Assembly (NCBI GenBank): GCA_964016885.1
Contig: OZ024742.1
Span: 80,538,001 to 80,602,000 of the forward strand
From: Eledone cirrhosa
Taxonomy: Eukaryota
Direction of reading: 5' to 3'
DNA: 64,000 nucleotides
The notes below the pieces were generated by a model. That model searched no databases. It was given only the letters and a program-made list of their open reading frames with translations, and had not been told where the DNA came from. Positions within the stretch are counted from its first letter, which is position 1. Every line of letters starts with the position of its first letter. Shown piece after piece: positions 54,821-64,000 of the stretch. The translations under genes were made by a program, and so were the position numbers.

Positions 54821-55182
54821 AAGCGTGTATTTATATATATGTAGATATATATAGATATATTAGTGGAGAAAACTAGCGTTTATGTTTTATTCATGTTGTC
54901 AGGAATTGTTGGTCAAATAATGAGGGAAATCCCGTTTCACATATATGTTCACGTCGGATTCATCAACGGCAAAGGAAAGACATCGATGTGAAATGCGGAG
55001 GCGAATTATGTATAGCACACAATATATTTTGAGCTTGGAAATCAAAGCACATGATAAGTCACCTATGTACAAGATATAGGAAATTTGATATTCTTCTCTA
55101 GATATTCATTAGATATAATTAGCTTCCTATAATACGCTTCTTCAGGAAATATTCGCTAGAGAGATAAAGTGTAATTAATTGC

Positions 55183-55262
<80 letters not shown>

Positions 55263-55344
55263 GTTATTCCGGGTTGAATCGGAGGTAACCACAGTAAGTA
55301 AGGTACTCAATACATTGCAGAGTATAAAAGTTTTAATATAGATG

Positions 55345-55395
55345 AGATTCTACAGGACTAGAACTGTTTCATTCTTTAGAAATCATCAGGAATCT
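55345..55395 (-). ncRNA. Hammerhead-like motif in a pLTR-like insert (about 55262-55900)
   Basis: agattc CTGATGA tTTC taaa GAAt GAAAC agttcta GTC ctgta gaatct. Stem I is offset by a bulge. Confidence 0.5.
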
Positions 55396-56006
55396 GGGTA
55401 TCAAAAAATAAGTATGGTATTTATACAAGTGGTAGGAGAGGGTGGGAGTGGGATGGGTGTAGGTCATTGGTTGATAGAAAAGGGAATTCATTAAAAGCTA
55501 ATTCTACAAAGCTATAGTTTATTTTTATTTTTATTTATATTTATTTTTGTTTTTAGAGTAACAAAGGCAGACATAATTCTATAAACAGGTTCAGGATGGC
55601 ATGCCATTCCTTATTATTAAGTTTCTCTTAAGCTAACAGGTGTCTATAAGATCAGTGGGGGGGTCAGTCATGGTAGATAGAGTTAAAGGAAAGGGAGATT
55701 CTTTAAAAGCTAAAATCATTAAGGTTCTACTAAGTGACAAAGGTTTAGAGAATTCTGTAGACAAATTCAGAATATTAAGTGCATATCTTACAATTATCCT
55801 CAAATTACTCTTAAACTATTCAACTATATGCCAAAAAACAACAGTCACATTCACAAGACACACTCACTCACACACTCGCGCGGACCCATAAACACACATA
55901 CACAGACACACATATACACAGACACACATATAAATATATTTATATATATAAATATACAAATACATACATACACATACATACACACACATACATACACACA
56001 TATGTA

Positions 56007-56050
<44 letters not shown>

Positions 56051-56071
56051 TACATATATATACACATGTAC

Positions 56072-56118
<47 letters not shown>

Positions 56119-56123
56119 TATAT

Positions 56124-56170
<47 letters not shown>

Positions 56171-56333
56171 ATACTTTGGGAGGGTCATGTTGCCAATAAG
56201 AAACACACGCACCAAATGTTCACTTCAATTCATTATATATTTATAAATTTATAAATTTACAAATCTACAAACTTATAAATTATACATTTCTGGTTGGTTG
56301 GTTGGTTCCACAACCAGATAGTTGTTTATATAT

Positions 56334-56378
56334 AGTCATAGTCCTTTCGTCACACACTCTGTGACCTCTTCAGTGACT
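56334..56378 (-). ncRNA. Minimal type I hammerhead in family B pLTR
   Basis: agtca CTGAAGA g GTCAC agagtgt GTGAC GAAAG ga CTA tgact. Loops and N17 differ from the other copies while the stems are kept. Confidence 0.87.
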
Positions 56379-56747
56379 GGGGATTCCTTTCTTTGTTTCT
56401 GTGCCTTTCCTTTCTTCTGTCCTACGCCATTTTGTTTCTGTGTGTGTGTTGTGTGCTCAGTTTGCGCATGCGCCACATCCGGGTGTCTGTGTGTGTTTGT
56501 GTTCATTTATCTATTTGTTTATTTATTTACATGTTGTTGGTTGGTTGTTTGTTCTATGTGTGTGTGTGTTTTCATTTTGTCCTTAATTGTAAGTTGTGAT
56601 GTTGCTGTTCCACTCATATTTTCTATTTAATTTTGGTTGTAATTCTTTTATGCTTACTGCCTCTGTAATTTGCCTAAACATTGCATCTTTTCTGTGTGTG
56701 GATTCTATTTTTATTTCTATGTTCTCTAATTTACCCTTGTGTTCTAT

Positions 56748-58016
56748 CTAAGCATGTTGGTAGAGTACAGATGATTCTTTATTATCTTGAAGGTCTCGCC
56801 AGTGTTCATTTATCCGTTCCCCTATACTACGAGCTGTCTCACCTATGTACACTATATTTTTGTTTCTACATTGTCGTTCAGTACATCTTATGCTATACAC
56901 TACATTTCTAGTTTTACAGTTAATATGGGGGCTTATTTTACAGGTTATACATTTCTTATCTATACATGAGGGTCTTTGGAACGGGTATGTCTTGCTAATA
57001 AGTGTTTTTATGGAGGTACCTGGTCTTTCTACTATCTTAATATTGAGTTTATGTTTATTTAGGGCCCTTCTAAATTTGTAGGCTAGTTCGCCTCTAGGGG
57101 TTGTATTGATGAACATTACACTCTGGTATTTATTGCTATCATACCATGAGTTTATTCTATTGGCCTTGTTCCTAGTTCTTTCTATTCTATTCCAAAATTT
57201 GCTCCTATACAAGGGGCAGGTCCCATTTATGTCATTATTTACCATTTTTTGCCATTTGGTTCTGGCTCCTCTATACACTCTGATTCTATCTCTCTGATTG
57301 TAGCCAGAGAACTGCATACGGTGGATGAAGTGTTGTATGTGTCTCTCTAGTTCTTCGGGGTTGCACATGCGGGACACATTTCTCATCACCCGTACCAAAT
57401 CCGCAATCAGTATGTTGATTTTGGTATGGTCCGAAATGGCCGAGTTTCGGTGGATCAGATGTTTGGAAGTCATGTGTTTGGCATAATGGGAATGGAGGAT
57501 TTGTTTTTGGTTGTTAATGGTATCTAACCAGAGCTCTGTGTCTAGTACAGGTAATCGATGGTTGGGGTGTCTACTTGGGTAGTCTATAGTAACTCTAATG
57601 CTCTGGTGGATGGAGTTTGCTATTTGCTGGATGCTTTCCATTGTGTTTTTCTCTAGTTCCTGACTGTTTTCTAGTGGGGGTGTCTTAACTACGATGTTTA
57701 TATCATCTACGTAGCGGGAGTACATTATCAGGGTTAAGGGGTCTACTAATTGTTCTTTAAGTTTAAGTTTAAGTCTACTGTCCCACCATACCATGAATAA
57801 GTTAGCTATGTCGCCTGCAATGCTAACACCAATGGCTGCTCCTTCCTCTTGGGCATATGTTTTTCCATTAAATTTGAACATATGTTCCTTAAGGGTTAAT
57901 TTTATGCTGGCCCCTACCGCATGTGCAATCATTTTCTTCAGTTCATCGTGGTTTTCGGGTGTCCGTATGGCTCTGGTCCACCCGTTCCATCTATCTGTGT
58001 GGGTTTTCTTGGCCAT
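56748..58016 (-). pseudogene. PLE RT C-terminal half + Zn linker + GIY-YIG, 422 aa, ending at a premature stop
   Basis: YSRYVDDI, CIDKKCITC, VYSIRC..C..VYIGETARS. Homologous copies read through this stop. Confidence 0.9.
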
Positions 58017-58219
58017 AGAGGGAATGGTAGGTGGTCTGCCTCTTGCTGGTCTTGTAGGGCACAGATTGCTAAGGTCATATGTGTCTAGGTAATTATTACT
58101 ATAGGTAAGTTTAACTAGGAGTACAGTGTGGCCAGTGTTGTCACTGAAATATATATCACAGCATTGTTATTAAAGGACTTGAACATCTGAAACTACTTCG
58201 CTTTTCCTTATTCTCTCTA

Positions 58220-58266
<47 letters not shown>

Positions 58267-59699
58267 ATTTGAAGACTAAAATCCAAAGAGGGCTCGAAAC
58301 GGATAAATATATATAAAATATATAAGAACCGTAGTGCAAATATTTAATAAAATAACAGATTAAAGTTATATGTATATATATGCATGTGCGTGTGTGTGCG
58401 CGCGCGTGTGTGTGTATACATGCAGTATATCATGTGGTGAGGTGGAAGTTACATTTAGCTGATACTAAAATCTTGATACTAAAAAAGACAAAAGAGATGT
58501 GCAAAATATTATTGATAATGGTTTGTGAATTAATTATTAAGAAAGAGTGTTATCTCATTGTGTTGCATCTGCGTTGCTAGTACTCTATCTATTTAATATT
58601 TATTTTTGTTTTGCTTCTTTGATTAACCCAATATTTTTCTTGATATGATATAAGCCCTTCTATATATTTTTGTACAAGTTATTCAATATAAACCCCTTAT
58701 TATTAAGTACAACACAATATGAATAAATAATCATATATGACGAAGAAATTCTTCAATATATCCTAAAAATAAACTAATCCGATTGGAAAGATTAGGTTCC
58801 TCTTCTCAAAACGCCATATCTCATGAAATTAAATGGATAATTTTTGGTGTTGTTTGGCAAGATCAGTATGTATTAATGCTACTTGCGATTCAATATCAAA
58901 TAACTCAAGTAACGTTATTTGTTTTTATATTGTGCAGTGAACGAAAATGAACTATTAGTCAAACACTTGTATGACGTGATTGACTGACGATATGGCATGG
59001 TGCCGGAGTGCATACATCTGGTTGGTGTGGTAAAGTACAAATGTGCAATTAAATTTGAGGTTAGAACCATAAGTGAAATGTCTCAGTTTTTGAATGTCAT
59101 TCCCGTCATGGCATTAACATCCTTCTCTAAACCCATATTTTACAGCCAACACATCACAACAGCGCTACACACATCCTGTGAATCATTCAGATACACACAT
59201 TCTCTCTCTCACAAAGAGGATCACATTCAAAGAGAAAATAAAAGATAATCATGAGATTCATTTAATCCTTTTTTTTATTTTTTTTTAGAATATAATCTTC
59301 GGTCAGTTAGCACCAATCGACTACAACATATATTACTGGTAATGTTGATAATAATATTTTCAAAATTTTGTGGCATGAAATTTACAAGGCCGTTTATTGT
59401 AAACTGATTTTGGACAGTTTCATTCGTGGAGATTGGTTCCCTCAAGATTAGTCATTATAATTAAACGACTTGATCAGTAATTAATTATTAGAACTTCGAT
59501 GAATCGGAATTCAAAATGTCATTGTCATCGATCAACATAATTATAATCTGTAAAAGTCACCGTATGGGGTTCATGATAATAAAGATTCGAAGAAAAACAT
59601 AAAGACTTATATATACTAACAATTTACAGTACACATGAGAAAGCAATAATATCATACAAACTCAATTCATTTTTTTTAAATTTAGGACAGTGCTAAAAG

Positions 59700-60100
59700 T
59701 ACACAAGCTTATAACTTTAGTATATGTATGAATCGGTTTCATTATGAGAGAGTTTTCCAAGTTTTCTTTTGATTTGTGCTTGTGTTGCATGTATTGTACA
59801 CCTGTTGCTGTGTACCACGTCAATATTTCTATATGCGTTTTAATATGCAGCTAATGACATTTCTGAACAAGTATTAGAACAGAATTTCTCAATTTTATCA
59901 CTATTATTTTCATATATGGCGCGAAACACTGGTGTAACTATGGATGTGATTAATTGTCGTATGTCAACGAATTTACCTAGAGTTTCCTCGTGTTGTGTAT
60001 CAATATATAAAGTACCATCCATTATTAACGTGTTATTTTACCGAATTTGAATATTAGGCTTTCATTATATGGGAAATATTTGGCAATTTTCGTCTTTCGG
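59700..60100 (-). mobile_element. Probable Mutator-like (MULE) transposase fossil
   Basis: LIMDGTLY...QLITS...SEMS..NAY...RCTIHATQAQIKRKL resembles the MULE DGTF / QLYT / DFE..A / CxxH..Q pattern. Confidence 0.45.
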
Positions 60101-60499
60101 TGATTTTTCTGGGATTAATTTCCCTTCAGTTTTGATGATGTACGGTCAGACATATATGACCTATACAGTGACCATGGCAACAGCTTCATACTACGATATA
60201 TATTAGAATATATGTCTCACTAGACGTCGTATTGATTTTTAAAAAATGACCCACTTTTAAGAGAAATCCGGGAGCTTCAAATAAGGAATTGGACACGCCT
60301 TTGTCTGCTCTAATTTTTTAACTTCTGGATCTTTAATTGCGGTATACAACTTTATATTAGTTTTATTAGTTATTTTGCGTGTCTTTTACTTTATATAATC
60401 CAATATTGTCTTTTACTTTTATAATTTGGTGGGTAATGCTTTTTAATATTTGATATTTCTTCAAGATATTTTTCATAATGTTGCCCTATAGTATAGGCT

Positions 60500-60830
60500 T
60501 CTTTAGATGTATGTGCATACACGTGTCAATGACCTTTGCATCAAAATACGTTCTTCTTTGTTTATATTTCCAGGAGCTCTTGGATATTAATTGTACTTGC
60601 CTTTTGAATATTGTTATTGATTAACTGCATAGGATATTTCTTCTTGATAATAATTGTTTAACATCTTCTAGACTGTGGTCTTTTGATGGTGTTGATATTA
60701 TTACGATGTTTCACTTAGATATATTAAAGGAAATGTTAGTTTCGATGTAATTTGGTTTGCACTTGATAGGTTTGATGCCAGGTACTACATAACCGAAATG
60801 AAAATTAGAGCAGCGAAAATTGAGACACTC
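60500..60830 (-). mobile_element. Decayed PLE RT-thumb fragment
   Basis: CLNFRCS..PNYIETNISFNISK.. resembles YLNF.SCHP..NIPFNLA. Confidence 0.4.
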
Positions 60831-60845
60831 ATCCTCTAAAGGAAA

Positions 60846-61462
60846 GCCGAGCGGTGCACAATGCATATTAATGGAATTCCACTGAAGCAGTTCAAGTGTA
60901 TCGGGACCAGATTCACGATTGATGGGAGGCAGGCTGCTGAGGTAGGTGCAAACATTGCTGGAGCTGACGCAGTAATGCGCCAGATTCAGCATTCAGTAAT
61001 CAGAAGGGAGATTGGTGCAAAAGCTAAACTCTATTTCTTCAATTCTGTATTCGTGCTAATTCTTACCTCTGCTCATGAATCTTAAGTAATGACCCAGACA
61101 ATAAGATCGCAAATACAAGCTCCGATACTATGGGCGTGTGGTTAGAATGACTCATGAAAGAATCTCTGGACAGAGTTTACGGGGAAAACCAAGAGGCAGT
61201 AGAGCCAGGTTAGAGCCCGAGCAAGATGGTTGGATAACATCCATGAGCTTGGCTGGTCTCGTTCGGGGATCCATCCGGAGAAGTTGAAAACGGTTGCTTC
61301 CGAAAAGTACCAGCTGGAAGGATTGTTTGAGGACTCTGCGTCCATGACCTTCCCATTGATAAGTGGTAGAAGAAGAAGAAGAAGAAGAAGAAGAAGAAGA
61401 AGAAGAAGAAGAAGAAGAAGAAGAAGAAGAAGAAGAAGAAGAAGAAGAAGAAGAAGAAGAAG

Positions 61463-61492
<30 letters not shown>
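60846..61492 (+). mobile_element. RTE-clade LINE 3' end with (AGA)n tail (61368-61492)
   Basis: INGIPLKQFKCIGTRFTIDG..IAGADAVMRQ..KAKLYFFNSVFVLILTSAHES*VMT..RSQIQA. Confidence 0.8.
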
Positions 61493-61493
<1 letters not shown>

Positions 61494-62826
61494 GTTTTGA
61501 ACAAAAGATGCAAAACGTATGCATTTCAAGTTTAGTATATATCATTTAGCTTTTTGTTATTTCACATGGAAAACAGGTAGATATTATTTACTAGACTCCA
61601 TAGTCAAAGAGATGTCCAGCCTTATGTTATTGATAAGATTTTCTTTATTGTGTAGTTACTGAAGTTAGGGAGTGCGTAACTGGGACTGCAACAATGTGTA
61701 TGAAAATATACATATATTTTAATATGTATAAATGCAAACATATGAACATATATGAATTTCTCTGTATATTGAAAAAATACAGATTTACGGACATAGTTTG
61801 CGACTTATCAGTTACAAGTTTATCGCAACCTTCGACTGGTAGTGCTTTTCTTAATACGTACACATATCTTAATTACAAACACATGCGCTAATTATATGCG
61901 TATATTTATTTCAGAATAATAATAAGAGCGAATGTGTATATAAGTCCAGGAAATACGCATTTCTTTGTTTGTTCTGATTTGATTCGCCAAGCGTTTGCTT
62001 GCGGCATATTTATTACTTTCATTGGTGTTAACATTTAATGAAGTCATACCGTTACCGGTTACAGTTGTAGTGATTGAATGACTGTTACATACTGGTGTTA
62101 TTGAAATATATATTATTCAATAAATACGATTTTGTTATGGCTTCCGTTATATTCCATCGATTTTGTTTGTCATTGTAATGCTGGTTATATATTACTGATG
62201 CAAAATTTTCACACCTGCTTATACCTGTTTATTAACGAGACGGTGCAACACAGCTCTTACGAATAAGCAACTCAGTAATTACAAATCATAATGTGTGTGT
62301 GTGCGTGTGTGCCTATTGTTGGTTGGTTCCCTTGTTCGCGGGCAGCGTCTCCGAATTGAAAGCTTGTTTACACACACACTCACACACATATATATATATA
62401 CACACACGCTCATACACGTTTATATATAATTATCTATATGTACATATATCTACAATCTATTTTCAATCCTCACAAATTCATGTCTGGTTATTTTATCATT
62501 TATATATTATTTTGCCATATGTGAATTGGATAATACCGGGTCTCAGCCAGTTGGTGTCATACATTGGTAGCAAGATACGCTGACAAAATGGTCTGCTGAC
62601 TGTGATCTCTCTGAATAGACATCCCTACTCGTCATTGTACTGTGACTGTACAAAAAGGAAACAGCTTCATCCCTTAGAAGTTACCTTATACCGTTATATA
62701 TATATAACGAAGGAAGAGTGGTAAGGAATCAGGTGTACCATAACGCACCAGAGTGCGCGATACTTTGGGTAGTAGAGTGGGTAATAGGAACTTAGTCAGA
62801 ACACAATAATATAAGAGTCAGAGCTC

Positions 62827-62880
<54 letters not shown>

Positions 62881-62881
<1 letters not shown>

Positions 62882-64000
62882 GAAATTTTAACAAACTATA
62901 AAGGACATAGAAATTTTAACAAACTATAAAGGACATAGAAATTTTAACAAACTATAAAGTAGGTGAACATGTTAAACAAACTAAACTTAGAAAATTGAAA
63001 AAAAAGTACAGTATAAGATCAACATGTGACATAGACATGCTGATAGAAACAATCAAGCAAAAAGTGTCGGCCAAAGCTGCTCGTATAAGGCGCTTTGAAA
63101 AACGATCTAGATTCTATAAGGACAATAATATGTTCAAAAACAACCAAAGAAACTTCTACAGAAAAATTGGTAAGTCAATAATAACTGCTAAATCAATACC
63201 ACCCAAGGAGGAAGTGCAAGAATTCTGGGAAAAGATCTGGGCCGAAGAAAAAGTTCATAACATACATGCCCCATGGATAGACAGACAAATGAAAGAAACA
63301 GCTCACCTTGAAGAACAAACATGGGAAAATATAACAGTTGAACAGCTGCGCTTGGCTCTAAGAAAAACCAGCAAATGGAAATCCCCAGGAAAAGACAAAA
63401 TACAAAACTTTTGGATAAATGCCTTCACAGAGTCTCATGAGCTGTTAGCCCAACTTTACAATGAAATAGTTAAGGAGCCAGAAAAGATACCATCATGGCT
63501 AGTTAACGGCATTACATTCCTGCTACCGAAGAATGATGAGACAAACAATCCCAAAAATTACAGACCGATAACCTGCTTGACCACAATGTATAAAATTTTA
63601 ACATCAGTCCTAACTGAATACACATATGACCACCTGATAACAAATGACCTATTTCCCATTGAGCAGAAAGGGTGTAAACGAGGCTCATATGGTTGTAAGG
63701 ATCAGCTTCTGGTTAACAAAATGATACTGGAAGATTGTCATAATAGACACAAAAATCTATCGATTGCTTGGATAGATTATAAAAAAGCATTTGATAGTTT
63801 GCCACACAGTTGGATTGAAAAATGTTTAGAGATTTTCAAAATATCCCCCGTTGTCAGGAGGTTTTTGTCATTCAGTATGAGGACATGGAGAACGACACTC
63901 CTTTTGAATAGTGAAACAAAATCACTGGAAGCTGGAGAAGTTAACATTAATTGTGGAATTTTTCAGGGTGACTCTTTATCACCGCTTTTATTCTGCATCG
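62881..64000 (+). mobile_element. 5'-truncated R4/Dong-clade non-LTR retrotransposon inserted after (AAT)n
   Basis: Directly follows the (AAT)n tract at 62827-62880. Dong elements are known to target TAA repeats. Confidence 0.85.
62929..64000 (+). CDS. Reverse transcriptase (partial; frame open to the window end)
   Basis: KQKVSAKAARIRRF..WKSPGKDKIQNFW..NYRPITCLTTMYK..EQKGC..GCKDQL..WIDYKKAFDSLPHSW..GIFQGDSLSPLLFC. No stop seen. Confidence 0.88.

Larger units (their letters stand above)
56164..58124 (-). mobile_element. 5'-truncated Penelope family B copy
   Basis: Colinear with 16062-18000. HHR at 56334-56378. Confidence 0.93.

Overview
Eukaryotic, AT-rich, repeat-saturated non-genic DNA. 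It is probably from an octopod cephalopod, inferred from a tRNA-derived SINE resembling the Octopus SINE family. No host exon is recognisable, and most listed ORFs are translations of (TA)n/(CA)n microsatellites. The window holds a full-length but frameshifted Helitron (9765-16002), a second Helitron fossil, many Penelope-like element (PLE) fragments (RT/GIY-YIG, Neptune-like and Naiad-like), an open R4/Dong LINE RT frame at the right edge, an RTE 3' end, Chapaev and probable MULE transposase fossils, and six SINE copies. The main signal is about 25 type I hammerhead ribozyme (HHR) motifs found by eye, belonging to at least ten unrelated repeat families. Many sit in non-coding elements inserted in (TA)n: (i) an apparently identical 591-bp tandem plus inverted array, each unit carrying an HHR with a compensatory U3:A8 core; (ii) 464-472-bp 'monomer-plus' elements with terminal redundancy; (iii) fold-back elements with two divergent HHRs. 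Together these suggest a retrozyme-like system of self-cleaving, possibly circular, RNAs mobilised by PLE reverse transcriptase. Ribozyme activity and circularity are inferred, not shown.
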